Source of the DNA: a virus
DNA: 64,000 nucleotides
IMG/VR virus record: IMGVR_UViG_3300021131_000003
Coordinates: 1-64,000 of that record
Reading direction: 5' to 3' (one strand)
Of this stretch, positions 27,184 to 36,338 are shown one piece after another. The notes beneath the pieces were generated by a model, which was given only the letters and a program-made list of their open reading frames with translations, had not been told where the DNA came from and searched no databases. Within the stretch, counting starts at the first letter, position 1; each line of letters opens with the position of its first letter. The position numbers and the translations under genes were made by a program.

Positions 27184-27961
27184 ACAAATCTAGCAAGCTC
27201 AGCGGTAGAGGAATCTGCTCACCACATGCCTTGCATGGCTTCTTCACCTCCCCAAGGCGTGGGCCTGGGTTACGTTCAAGAATGTCATCTACTAGCTTTG
27301 TTCTATCTGCCATACCTAAGCTAAGAGCGGTAGGTGCTCCAATAGCTGGCTTATCTGCCAGTGATAGTAAGCAGCCTGCTAATAGCAAGGTATTAATCTC
27401 AGAGGCAGTCTTATCGGCGTTGTCCATAAGGCGCTTCTGCACTCGACCAACAGGAAGAGTAAGAACGGCTGTTCCCATCTTTGTCTCTACTGACCACTCG
27501 CGAGATGCTTGGTCATCTAAAGTTTTAACTGGAACATCCTCTGAAAGATTGATTGTAATGTCCTGGTCTTGATTACAGTTAAAGCAACGACCTTGAAGCT
27601 CTAGCTCATCTCCAAATGTAATTGTTCTAATACCAATCAAGATGGCGTCCCTGTCTCCAGAGAGCAGACTGTCAAGGTCATCCTTACCAACCTCCTTGCC
27701 ACCTAGACCTATTAATCCACGCTGTAGTAAAAGGTTTAGGGCTTTGGCTCGGCTACCTGCTTTAGAGATAGCTTCCTCATCTGCTCCATTTAACTCTCGT
27801 ACTTCAGCAGTAGTTACTAAACCAGAGTCTGAAATAAATCCGCCAGGAAGTTTCACCTCTGGGTCGGAAGGGGCCCGAGATGTGATAACCACCTCGGGCT
27901 CTTCCATAGCCTGTTGCGCGTACTTTGATACAAGTTCTGCGTCAGTAATAATGTTACTCAT
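27173..27961 (-). CDS. Tail assembly chaperone (T4 gp26-like, two CxxC pairs)
   Basis: VRELNGADEE, GDRDAILIGIR, CFNC, CKAC; between tube and tape measure. Confidence 0.8.
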   Translation of the reverse strand: MSNIITDAELVSKYAQQAMEEPEVVITSRAPSDPEVKLPGGFISDSGLVTTAEVRELNGADEEAISKAGSRAKALNLLLQRGLIGLGGKEVGKDDLDSLLSGDRDAILIGIRTITFGDELELQGRCFNCNQDQDITINLSEDVPVKTLDDQASREWSVETKMGTAVLTLPVGRVQKRLMDNADKTASEINTLLLAGCLLSLADKPAIGAPTALSLGMADRTKLVDDILERNPGPRLGEVKKPCKACGEQIPLPLSLLDLFRL

Positions 27962-27979
27962 TGTGCTCCTTTAGTTTAA

Positions 27980-28612
27980 TTAAGCTAAGCTGCGACCATC
28001 TGTTGGGTTGAAGGAGGTGTCAGTGAAGAACACTGATAGACCTTCATGTACCAAGCTCATTGACTCAAACAGGATTGCTCCATCGTTAGCGTTTAAGTCG
28101 GTATAGCTTAGCTGAGTAATCCAAGCGTTACGGACGTCAAATCCCATGCGAGGCGTATTAGCTGCCTGAGAGTTTGGGTGGTCCATAACATAGATTTTCA
28201 TGTTAACGCGGAAGCCCTGCTTATTGGTAGCTCCAGCTTGGATACCGTCACCAGATACGGCAGCAAACATGCCGCGCATCCAAGTAATGCCTTGGTCGTT
28301 TCCGTACAAGACACCACGTTGTAGTGAGATAGGTGTGAAGGTTGTCATTCCAGGGACCTGGTGAACAGTGGTGTTGTAGCCACCCTCACGGTATTGGATT
28401 GATTGGGTGGTGATATTCAATCCTGAGATTGAAGTAAAACCACCAAGGAAGCCTGTTGACTTTCCAGTCGTAAGGCTTGGTACAGCACCAGACACTGTGG
28501 TTAGACGAGTGTCGAAGGTGTTATCTACTGCGGTGAACTCTACGTTAAACCGAAACGAGCGTAACGGGTCGGTTGCCAAAGTAGAGAACCGATTAAGCGA
28601 TGTATCTGCCAT
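27980..28612 (-). CDS. Tail tube protein (T4 gp19-like)
   Basis: DPLRSFRFNVEF, YREGG, ISLQRG, NAW. Confidence 0.92.
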   Translation of the reverse strand: MADTSLNRFSTLATDPLRSFRFNVEFTAVDNTFDTRLTTVSGAVPSLTTGKSTGFLGGFTSISGLNITTQSIQYREGGYNTTVHQVPGMTTFTPISLQRGVLYGNDQGITWMRGMFAAVSGDGIQAGATNKQGFRVNMKIYVMDHPNSQAANTPRMGFDVRNAWITQLSYTDLNANDGAILFESMSLVHEGLSVFFTDTSFNPTDGRSLA

Positions 28613-28627
28613 TTTTTATTTTCTCCT

Positions 28628-30202
28628 TTACGCCACGGTAACGGTAATGCCACCGTTAAATTGACCGATTTTGATGATTACAAATTCAGCAGGGCGCTGT
28701 AAAGCTACGCCTACATCAATGTGTAGTTCACCATTATCGATGGATGCCTGTACGTTATTTGTAGCATCACACTTAACGAAGTAAGCCTGTGCAGGTGTTG
28801 CACCAACAAGACCACCTTGTGACCAGAACTGTGTCAAGAAGGTAGAGAATGTTGCGTTAATGCGGCGCCACAAAGCTGGGTCATTTGGCTCAAAGATTGC
28901 AAACTGGCTGAGGTCCTTGAGAGCCTTCTCAAGATAGATAAGGGTACGACGAACTGGTACATACTTATCTACATAACCTTGCTTGAGTGTGCGTGAGCCC
29001 ATAACTACGATGCCTGTGCCAGGAACATACTTAATAGCGTTAACAGGAACACCTGCTGAGTTAAGGCTATCCAAGTCTGAGTTAGACAAAGACGGAACAG
29101 AGACCACGTTAGCTAAGCGAGCTTGAAGTCCAGCTGGCGCCTTAAATACTCCGCGAGAAGCATCAGTAGACGCATAGACTCCAATAACAGCTCCACCAGG
29201 AGCAACGGTCTTTACCGTATTTGAAGCAGAACCGACTGTTGATGTTGGGTCTGAGATAGAGATACGAGGGTAGTAGACCGCTCCATATGAACCAGTTGAT
29301 GAGGTTCCATATGCAGAAGCTGTACTGATTGCTGTAGCTGCAGATGAGCTTGTGTCTCCGTCAATAACAACAAACACATCTCCTCGGCCTGAGGCGTAGG
29401 TAAGAGCGTTATTGATATTTGTAGAGTCTATGATACCAGGTAGGTTCAGAATCAAAGACTGTTGGATAGTATCAAAGCTGCTAAGAGCTGTTGAGTACTG
29501 AGCAGTAGTCAATGTTAGAAGGCCATTTGCGCCACCAGCCAAAGCTGTTGGAGTTGGTACATTGTTAGTAACAGTGCTGAGAGCTGGATTACGTGTTGCT
29601 CCAGTAGACGCGGCTCCTGCATCAGCTGCAAAGATGTATGAAGAGCTAGCGTTAATTACTGTAGGTGCGTAACGAGCATCAGTAGCTGTCATAGAAATAT
29701 CTGTGTAGCGCTCAACAATGTATGCTTCATTGTAAGTAGCAGGCATGTTGTAAGCCACAAAGAGGTTAAAGTAACCAGTAACAGAAGAATCTGTAACGAT
29801 TACGCTTGTGCTGTTACCCCATGCTCCAGCGTTAGTAGCGTTAAGGGTAAGTGTGTTTAGTGCAGTTCCTGAGGTACGGTCCTTCAAAGTAATAGCTGCT
29901 GTAGTAGCGTTGTTTGAAGGTGTTACGGTATCGCCAGAGTAAACTACACGACGGATATAAGCCTGACGACCACCATTTGCAAAGAATAGATAAACAGCGA
30001 TAGGCAGGTCATTTGAGTTTGCAGTATTCCATGTGCCATACAAAGTTGTGTATGCGCTCCATGAAGTTACAAGAGTAGGTACGGTTGGGCCACGGTCTGT
30101 AGGGCCTACAAAAGCCGCTACTGAATCCGAGTTAGGACCTACTGTGGGTTGAACGGGGTTTAGCGTTTCTTGAACGTAAACTCCAGGCCGTAGATATGCC
30201 AT
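28628..30202 (-). CDS. Tail sheath protein
   Basis: PGVYVQE, RGVFKAPAG, FEPND, PAEFV. Confidence 0.95.
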   Translation of the reverse strand: MAYLRPGVYVQETLNPVQPTVGPNSDSVAAFVGPTDRGPTVPTLVTSWSAYTTLYGTWNTANSNDLPIAVYLFFANGGRQAYIRRVVYSGDTVTPSNNATTAAITLKDRTSGTALNTLTLNATNAGAWGNSTSVIVTDSSVTGYFNLFVAYNMPATYNEAYIVERYTDISMTATDARYAPTVINASSSYIFAADAGAASTGATRNPALSTVTNNVPTPTALAGGANGLLTLTTAQYSTALSSFDTIQQSLILNLPGIIDSTNINNALTYASGRGDVFVVIDGDTSSSAATAISTASAYGTSSTGSYGAVYYPRISISDPTSTVGSASNTVKTVAPGGAVIGVYASTDASRGVFKAPAGLQARLANVVSVPSLSNSDLDSLNSAGVPVNAIKYVPGTGIVVMGSRTLKQGYVDKYVPVRRTLIYLEKALKDLSQFAIFEPNDPALWRRINATFSTFLTQFWSQGGLVGATPAQAYFVKCDATNNVQASIDNGELHIDVGVALQRPAEFVIIKIGQFNGGITVTVA

Positions 30203-30240
30203 TAGTTAGTCTCCTTTAGGTTTGACGGAATTTCCATGTG

Positions 30241-30867
30241 TTATGCCCAAACGTATCCAGTAGGTGGGGTCCCAATTTTGTCCAGATACACTGTCTGTAC
30301 TGCCTTGCCTGCAACAGCGTTTGCCACTGTAGGTGACATCTCGCTTACTACACGCACAGACAATATGTTTCTAAAGGTACGGCGGTTGCCCGTCTCACCT
30401 TCAACAGCGTCTCTTTTCACAAATCCATCTAAGAACATAGAGCGATAACCTGTCTCAGTACCAAGTTGGTTTGGGACAGCTAGCTTTCCGAACTTAGCTG
30501 GAAACTTATTGAAGAGCTGAAACATCAAAGCTCTATCATGGCGCGGGTGTCTCGAGTGGGTTGTAATCTGATAGACAAGGTCATAGGCCACAGGAGCGTC
30601 ATAGGCGTAAGTAATTCCTGAGGCTGGTGCGATTGTGCCGTTGTAATCAACATCAGTAATAACGCCAGAGGTTTGACGGTCACGAGTAGCAACGATATCG
30701 ATAAGGTCGATAGTTACATATGGGAAGCTTTGGTCACGAACTTCAATATCTGGATAGCCAAACCAAACCTGCACTGGGCGGGTTGCGTTCTTATTATCAG
30801 ATACGGTCATACCCTGACACAAGGACTTAAGCGCTTGGTCCTCAGCAATGATAAATGGATTACCCAT
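30241..30867 (-). CDS. Tail terminator / neck protein
   Basis: Position before the sheath gene; FPYVTIDL, YDLVYQIT. Confidence 0.65.
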   Translation of the reverse strand: MGNPFIIAEDQALKSLCQGMTVSDNKNATRPVQVWFGYPDIEVRDQSFPYVTIDLIDIVATRDRQTSGVITDVDYNGTIAPASGITYAYDAPVAYDLVYQITTHSRHPRHDRALMFQLFNKFPAKFGKLAVPNQLGTETGYRSMFLDGFVKRDAVEGETGNRRTFRNILSVRVVSEMSPTVANAVAGKAVQTVYLDKIGTPPTGYVWA

Positions 30868-31202
30868 TAGAACACATCCTCATACTGCATCAGTAAGTCA
30901 AAGGTCTCATTGGCTAGCATCTCTTTTACATACGCATCCGCGCGGTAGCTAAAGCTTCTAAGTACAGACTTTGGGGGCTGTCCGATTACCCCATACTCAA
31001 GGCCGAAGACCGTATCCTCAAGCTCGTCAGGGTATTGAATTACTAGAGAGCCTTCTACATAGCCAAGTGATAGCTGCGAGGCAATCTCTGTAGGCCAGCC
31101 GCTAGCTTCAGCTTCAAACTTAAGCTTATCCTCTAGCTCTGGGATTAAATAATATGCGGCGTCTGACGCCAAGGTCTCTATCTCTTTATTTGCTTCGTAC
31201 AT
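30867..31202 (-). CDS. Putative neck/tail completion protein
   Basis: LEYG motif; synteny. Confidence 0.5.
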   Translation of the reverse strand: MYEANKEIETLASDAAYYLIPELEDKLKFEAEASGWPTEIASQLSLGYVEGSLVIQYPDELEDTVFGLEYGVIGQPPKSVLRSFSYRADAYVKEMLANETFDLLMQYEDVF

Positions 31203-31338
31203 TCTTAACCACTTTGCCAAGTACGTACGCTGCGCCCATGCCTACAACCAGTTTGTTCTTGTCCTCAGACGACGGAAGATGGTTTGCAATCTCTTGCGCA
31301 AACGCTACTTCATCTGGTCTGTCTATGTACTTAGACAT
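31186..31338 (-). CDS. 50-aa hypothetical protein, absent from ORF track
   Basis: MSKYIDRPDEVAFAQEIANH...; strong SD AGGAG. Confidence 0.65.
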   Translation of the reverse strand: MSKYIDRPDEVAFAQEIANHLPSSEDKNKLVVGMGAAYVLGKVVKNVRSK

Positions 31339-31420
31339 GGCAATCTCCTAAGGAGTTGGGCAACATACTTAGCATGGGTCAAGCTTTAGTTCCCGCATGG
31401 AACTACTTTAAGGATAAAGC

Positions 31421-31443
31421 AAAAGGCCCCCTTTCGGGGGCCT
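31421..31443 (-). terminator. Intrinsic terminator
   Basis: AGGCCCCC-GAAA-GGGGGCCT followed by TTT. Confidence 0.8.
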
Positions 31444-31448
31444 AACGC

Positions 31449-31640
31449 TTACTTCTTTTTGACCTTCTTGGCCAAAGCTTTATCCATCTTGTCATCTTCT
31501 TTACGAGATGGCTTCTTCTTATCCATCTTCTTGTCAGCCTTTTCAAAAGCTGCTTTTTGCTTTGGGGTCATGCCCTTTTCAAGCTTTGCATCCTGTTTCT
31601 TATCAGCCTTCTTCTTGGCTGCTTCGTTGTGATGAGACAT
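31449..31640 (-). CDS. Small Lys-rich protein
   Basis: 63 aa with repeated DKK motifs. Confidence 0.7.
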   Translation of the reverse strand: MSHHNEAAKKKADKKQDAKLEKGMTPKQKAAFEKADKKMDKKKPSRKEDDKMDKALAKKVKKK

Positions 31641-31765
31641 TACTTCTTCTTTCCCATCTTCTTCATAGCTGCCTTTGGCATTGCAGACTTCTTAGAATCT
31701 GCCTTCTTACCTTTGCCATATCCTGGCTCGCCTTTTTTCTTACCGCATCCGCATGCCATGCACAT
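31640..31765 (-). CDS. 41-aa Lys-rich protein with CxxCGC start, absent from ORF track
   Basis: MCMACGCGKKKGEPGYGKGKKADSKKSAMPKAAMKKMGKKK; TAATG coupling to the next gene. Confidence 0.7.
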   Translation of the reverse strand: MCMACGCGKKKGEPGYGKGKKADSKKSAMPKAAMKKMGKKK

Positions 31766-31767
31766 AA

Positions 31768-32175
31768 TTATTCGTCTCCGTTTTCGAAGTCTTCTACAAG
31801 CTCTTCGATATCTTCGATGAGCTCTTCAATAATATCATCATCAGCATCTGCTGAATCATCTGCTGCTGGAGCATCTGCAGCAGGTGCTGCGTCGGCTGCT
31901 GGAGCATCAGCTACTGGTGCAGCTGGCTCAGCTGGTGCTTCTGCAGGAGCAGCTGGAGCTGCATCCGCTACAGGAGCAGTTGCATCAGTTGCAGGGGCTG
32001 GTGTTGCATCTGCAACAGGGGCTGCAGGTGCAGCTACTGGTGCGGCATCTGCGGCTGGAGCGGCAGGTGCGTCGGTTGTTGCAGGCGCTGTTGCGTCTGC
32101 TGCTGGTGCGGCTACTGGAGCAGCATCAGCCGCGGGTGCTGTTGCATCCGCTACTGGGGTTGTCTCATCGGTCAT
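31768..32175 (-). CDS. Ala/Pro/Asp low-complexity acidic protein
   Basis: APAADAAPVA repeats; acidic amphipathic C-terminus; SD AAGGA. Confidence 0.7.
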   Translation of the reverse strand: MTDETTPVADATAPAADAAPVAAPAADATAPATTDAPAAPAADAAPVAAPAAPVADATPAPATDATAPVADAAPAAPAEAPAEPAAPVADAPAADAAPAADAPAADDSADADDDIIEELIEDIEELVEDFENGDE

Positions 32176-32216
32176 AATGGTTCCTTTGCAAAGAGGGGGT
32201 TTAGTAAAAGGGTATC

Positions 32217-32357
32217 TTACTTCTTACCTTTTTGGGCCTTCTTCTTGACTTTCTTTGGAAGCTTAGCTCCCTTGGGAGTGTGCTCCTCCCATTGGCGGGC
32301 CATCTCAGGATGGGTAGCCCACATCCACTTTTCTTGCTGCTTGGACTTAAAAGGCAT
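32217..32357 (-). CDS. 46-aa basic protein, absent from ORF track
   Basis: MPFKSKQQEKWMWATHPEMARQWEEHTPKGAKLPKKVKKK. Confidence 0.75.
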   Translation of the reverse strand: MPFKSKQQEKWMWATHPEMARQWEEHTPKGAKLPKKVKKKAQKGKK

Positions 32358-32358
32358 T

Positions 32359-32640
32359 TTAGACCTGTGAGTAGAGAACCGAAACTGCGTTAGCGGCTGT
32401 GCCTGCGGCTGAGATAGCGTAGATAGTGTCGTTAGCGCGAAGCCAGATTTGGAAGGTAGTTCCGTTAGCTACGGTGTGGCCCTTGTTAGCTCCAGAGGTT
32501 GAAATAGAAGAGTCGCCTACATAGATGGCGGCTGTGTCATTATTTTGGATAGATACCGCTGTGTATTCTGTTATTGCGTCTAGAGTAGTTAACGCGGTAG
32601 GCGTAGTCGCCACCGTCTTATTAAGATGTACAACTGCCAT
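32359..32640 (-). CDS. Small beta-rich virion protein
   Basis: IQN...IYVG...IYAIS pattern; SD AGGAG. Confidence 0.6.
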   Translation of the reverse strand: MAVVHLNKTVATTPTALTTLDAITEYTAVSIQNNDTAAIYVGDSSISTSGANKGHTVANGTTFQIWLRANDTIYAISAAGTAANAVSVLYSQV

Positions 32641-32649
32641 GGTATCTCC

Positions 32650-33168
32650 TTAGTTGGCGTAGCTAGAAAATTGAGGGTCATTGACCATTTCATCAGGCAT
32701 AACCTGCTGGCAATCAACGCTCAATAATGTGAAGTTCTCTCCAATGATACCAACCTGCTGGGCATCAAATGGGCGCCAAACCTCACCCTTCCAAACAATA
32801 CGGCTGCGGTCTTGGTAGTCAGGGTTATCCATAACACCTGGCGCAATCGCGTTAATATCATTTGCATTAAGGGTTAGATGTAACTGGTCAGCATTGTAGA
32901 AACCAGCTTCAGATACCTTAGATGTACCCTGCTTAATTACTGCTCTTACTACAGCAATTTGGAAAGGTCCGCGCCATTCACGACCGCCATGTACTGATGG
33001 AACGTAACCCGTATCGTAAATTGGGTCGAGAACAGTATCGGTGGGGTCGTATATATACCAGAGGGCGTGGGTGCCTACTGGACTCTTCAAGTCAGAGTCA
33101 ATACCTACAAAGATATCTTTCTGCTCAAAGTCGGCGTCAAACCTACCGCCAGGGTTATAGGCTTTCAT
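32650..33168 (-). CDS. Head closure / neck protein
   Basis: DPIYD...GFYNADQLHL...DRSRIVWKGEVW; synteny. Confidence 0.6.
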   Translation of the reverse strand: MKAYNPGGRFDADFEQKDIFVGIDSDLKSPVGTHALWYIYDPTDTVLDPIYDTGYVPSVHGGREWRGPFQIAVVRAVIKQGTSKVSEAGFYNADQLHLTLNANDINAIAPGVMDNPDYQDRSRIVWKGEVWRPFDAQQVGIIGENFTLLSVDCQQVMPDEMVNDPQFSSYAN

Positions 33169-33404
33169 TAGCCAAGCATTGCAGCAATCTCATCAGCTGT
33201 CAGACCAAGCTTTGCTAGCTTATCTGTAGCTGAAGCTTTTGCAGCAGCTTTGGCTTCAGCTTCTGCAGCATCTGCTGCTCTTTTAGCTGCAGTATCAGCA
33301 GCTTGAGCTTCCATAGCAGCTAGTTCTTCGGCTGTCATATCGCGAGTAACGGCTTCTCCTGTAGAGCAGTCCACTTCTACGATTTGAGGTACTGTGGTTG
33401 TCAT
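33168..33404 (-). CDS. Small fibre-associated chaperone-like protein
   Basis: VEVDCSTGE..RDMTAEE...KLAKLGLTADEI, directly after the paralog array. Confidence 0.6.
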   Translation of the reverse strand: MTTTVPQIVEVDCSTGEAVTRDMTAEELAAMEAQAADTAAKRAADAAEAEAKAAAKASATDKLAKLGLTADEIAAMLG

Positions 33405-33419
33405 TATGTTTCTCCTTAG

Positions 33420-33941
33420 TTATGAGTTTTTAATTCCGTACACTGTAAAGCTTGAGTACTGAGCAAAGTTCTGCCCTTGTGTTGCTGAGTCAAACATGAT
33501 ACTAGTTATGGCTGCTGTATTAGTCCACAACTCTGAAACTAACGAGGTACTTGCGGTAGTAGTTGCTGCTTCAAGCGCAGAATCAGCAAGAATATGTTTA
33601 GACGTAGTTGTGCTTGAATAGTTACTTATATGTATTTTATAAGTAGTAAACGAGTTAGTTGCGGCAGTAGTTCCCCCAGATGCCATGGAGCCAAAAGCTC
33701 TATATGTGCTTGTGCTTTGGTTAATAGCTGTGCCAGTGCTTAAAACCATCAGATTAGATATATTAGCCTGACTACCATTAAAGTAAAGACCCAAAGTATC
33801 GTACGTGCCTGCGGTACCCCGCACCGAAACAAGAATATATAAGTCTTGATAGGCTTGGGATAGAGAGCTAAATGTTATATTGTTTGCAGTGCCGCTAGCT
33901 GGCACCACATAGCTTCCTAGTTTAGTTATTGTATTTGCCAT
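33420..33941 (-). CDS. Paralogous ~170-aa beta domain, subtype C
   Basis: ITFSSLSQAYQDL...TAAITSI...FTVYGI. Confidence 0.75.
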   Translation of the reverse strand: MANTITKLGSYVVPASGTANNITFSSLSQAYQDLYILVSVRGTAGTYDTLGLYFNGSQANISNLMVLSTGTAINQSTSTYRAFGSMASGGTTAATNSFTTYKIHISNYSSTTTSKHILADSALEAATTTASTSLVSELWTNTAAITSIMFDSATQGQNFAQYSSFTVYGIKNS

Positions 33942-33942
33942 T

Positions 33943-34458
33943 TTATGCCGCCGCTATTCCGTATAGAGTGAAAGTAGACCCAGCAGCAAAGTTCTGGGTA
34001 ATAGCCGTTAAATCAATTCTGTTAATTGCTGCTGTAGAGCGCCACATCTGTACCTCAAGTTTATTTGAGCTTTGCCCATTAGCTGCTCGCTCTAAATACG
34101 TTTTATAAATGTTCTGGTTAGCATAATTTAAAAAGTAAAACTTAAAAGTAGATAGTGTAGTAGCACCATATATACCAAAGTTATAAGTGGCGTACATAGG
34201 ACCTGTTTGATTGTAGCTGTGGGCACTTGAAGTAGTAGAGCCGCTTGTTCCTAAGTTTGTATAAGAGTAGTTAGAGCCAGTATCGGAGTTAATTTGTATT
34301 TTCATGTCAGACACAGTTGATACAGTGCTGGCGTTAAAAACTCCTATATTTAATTCTAAATCTGTGTAGGTAGCAGGTATAGAAGAAAAAGTAACTGTTC
34401 CTGTAGAGCTACCTAAAGTGTAAGTAGCTATTGGGGTGTAAGTTGATTGAGCAGCCAT
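33943..34458 (-). CDS. Paralogous ~170-aa beta domain, subtype B
   Basis: PIATYT...VTFSSIPATYTDL...WRSTAAI...FTLYGI. Confidence 0.75.
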   Translation of the reverse strand: MAAQSTYTPIATYTLGSSTGTVTFSSIPATYTDLELNIGVFNASTVSTVSDMKIQINSDTGSNYSYTNLGTSGSTTSSAHSYNQTGPMYATYNFGIYGATTLSTFKFYFLNYANQNIYKTYLERAANGQSSNKLEVQMWRSTAAINRIDLTAITQNFAAGSTFTLYGIAAA

Positions 34459-34466
34459 AGTATCTC

Positions 34467-35807
34467 CTAAGACAATCCGTATAAAGCAAAGTGAGAATAT
34501 TGAACAAAGTTACCAGCTGAAGGGTTTAATGTTATAGTTGTTATAGGAGAAAAACTAGTCCACATAGATGAACTTAAAGCAACTGTTTCATTATTTGTGC
34601 TTACTGAAGAGTTGTTTGAATCAAAACCAGATATAGACTCAGCCACTTTCCATTTATAAGGGCTAGTGTAATCTAAAATATCTGCAATAGTTATTCCAAA
34701 CATATTAGCGTACGAACCGTTGCCCGCCCCGTTTAGCCCAATGTGGGTGTACGTGGCAGCATAGTTATTAGTTGCGCTGACAGCAGACCCGTTAGCATAC
34801 ATACCATGCCAGCTATAGTTAGCTGACGCGTCTCCGTTATAATTTAAGTTTACATCTTGAGAGTTTGTAGAGCTTGTTAAACAAAAAGCTCTAAGTTGTA
34901 AATGTGTATAGTTTTGTGGAATGTTATAAAATGTAATGCTAGATACTGGCGTTGATACAACAGTAGTCGCTATGCTGGAAAAACTATTAGCTCCAGTTAT
35001 TGGGTTAGACACAGACGACGTTCCAGTGCCTTGAGAGTTAATTGCTTTAGCTGTAAAGGTAGTTGCTGACCCTAAAGTTAATGGCGCAACAATAGGACTT
35101 GCTGACCCGTATGATGTGTTGTTATTGTTATCAGTAACCGCATAAACAGCAGCTTGGTCACCTGCTGTAGGTGTAAACGCAATCGAAGCAAAGCCGCCCT
35201 GGTCTGTAACAGATGTTAATGTGGGGGCTGCGGGAGGCAACGAAGCGTATTGTTCTGTAACACCATATAACGTAAACACACTATATTGAACGTATGTAGT
35301 AGTTAAGTTAGCTGTATCAGGAGTTAGAGTAATAGAGGTTATAGGCGCAGTGCTTAAATAGGAAGACGCAGCTGTCAAGATAATGTTTGCAACAGCATTG
35401 TTTTCTGCAGTACCGTCTACAATTAATTGTTTGTAGTTTCCAGACGTGTAATTTGGAATATACATTTCAGTATTGCTAAAAATGTTAGCACTACTTCCAG
35501 CATTAGGTATATAAACAATTCCGTTATTTCCAGCGTTATACGCATTTGCAACTCCTTGCGTAATGTTTACCGTTGTAGGGGAGTTTGTAGCTTCCCACAT
35601 AATAGTTCTTGAAGGAAAAAGCGTAGTGGTATTTCCATTAAAAGTAACTTGAGTATCTGAGAATGTTCCGCCACCAGTTAAAGAGTCTCTTGCAGATACC
35701 TTTAATACTAAGTCAGTGTAGGTCTGAGGTATGTTGCTAAACGTTACGCTAGACACTCCGCCAGCTCCCACTGTGTAAGTGGCGATTGGCTGCATAAAGA
35801 TAGTCAT
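34467..35807 (-). CDS. Fusion protein: subtype C domain - FN3 - subtype A domain
   Basis: Two copies of the F..IPQxYTxL...LYG domain flanking PAAPT...FT...Y...FTAKAINSQG. Confidence 0.75.
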   Translation of the reverse strand: MTIFMQPIATYTVGAGGVSSVTFSNIPQTYTDLVLKVSARDSLTGGGTFSDTQVTFNGNTTTLFPSRTIMWEATNSPTTVNITQGVANAYNAGNNGIVYIPNAGSSANIFSNTEMYIPNYTSGNYKQLIVDGTAENNAVANIILTAASSYLSTAPITSITLTPDTANLTTTYVQYSVFTLYGVTEQYASLPPAAPTLTSVTDQGGFASIAFTPTAGDQAAVYAVTDNNNNTSYGSASPIVAPLTLGSATTFTAKAINSQGTGTSSVSNPITGANSFSSIATTVVSTPVSSITFYNIPQNYTHLQLRAFCLTSSTNSQDVNLNYNGDASANYSWHGMYANGSAVSATNNYAATYTHIGLNGAGNGSYANMFGITIADILDYTSPYKWKVAESISGFDSNNSSVSTNNETVALSSSMWTSFSPITTITLNPSAGNFVQYSHFALYGLS

Positions 35808-36338
35808 TTAGGCCGCCTTAATCCCATAAATGTCAACTCTAGTGCCCGCCGCAATTAGGTTAAACCCAGCTAAAGTTATGTTATTAATTGCGGCAGTGTT
35901 CTTCCATACATAAGAGTTCATACAGATGTTCCCATTAGTAGTGCTTACATTGTTATCATCCCAGCCTCCAAATACTTTTACAGACTTGTATTTATTAGTA
36001 TTTGTATAATCTAAGATTTCCACAATATATGTAGCAAACGTGTTAGCTAAAGATGTGGTTATGGGCATACTTGCAGATACTAAACCAACACTACCTGCAA
36101 CGCTTTGTCCAGCAGTTGCTACTCCAGCAGTGCCGTTTCCAGACATGTAGTGGTTATAGTAGTTAGCGTTTGTAACGTCTGCATTAAAGTTACAACGAAA
36201 AGAATCATAAGAGCTGGTCGCAGACCTAGCAAATACTCTAACTTGTAGATGAGTATAGGTTTGAGGAAGGTTAGTAAAATCAAACCCATAACCTAAAGAA
36301 TCAGCTTTTACCGAAGATGCTATTGGATACATGCTCAT
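35808..36338 (-). CDS. Paralogous ~170-aa beta domain, subtype A
   Basis: FTNLPQTYTHLQVR...ILDYTNTNKYK...IYGI. Confidence 0.75.
   Translation of the reverse strand: MSMYPIASSVKADSLGYGFDFTNLPQTYTHLQVRVFARSATSSYDSFRCNFNADVTNANYYNHYMSGNGTAGVATAGQSVAGSVGLVSASMPITTSLANTFATYIVEILDYTNTNKYKSVKVFGGWDDNNVSTTNGNICMNSYVWKNTAAINNITLAGFNLIAAGTRVDIYGIKAA

Noticed and set aside
27173-27200. Classical -1 G/GT frameshift
   Set aside because: No XXXYYYZ heptamer, and the -1 frame hits TAG within a few codons
16745-30867. Bacterial extracellular contractile injection system or tailocin
   Set aside because: Capsid, portal, terminase and replication genes show a complete phage
31508-32248. 246-aa plus-strand ORF
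   Set aside because: Antisense shadow of the Ala/Pro low-complexity gene; no SD or recognisable motif
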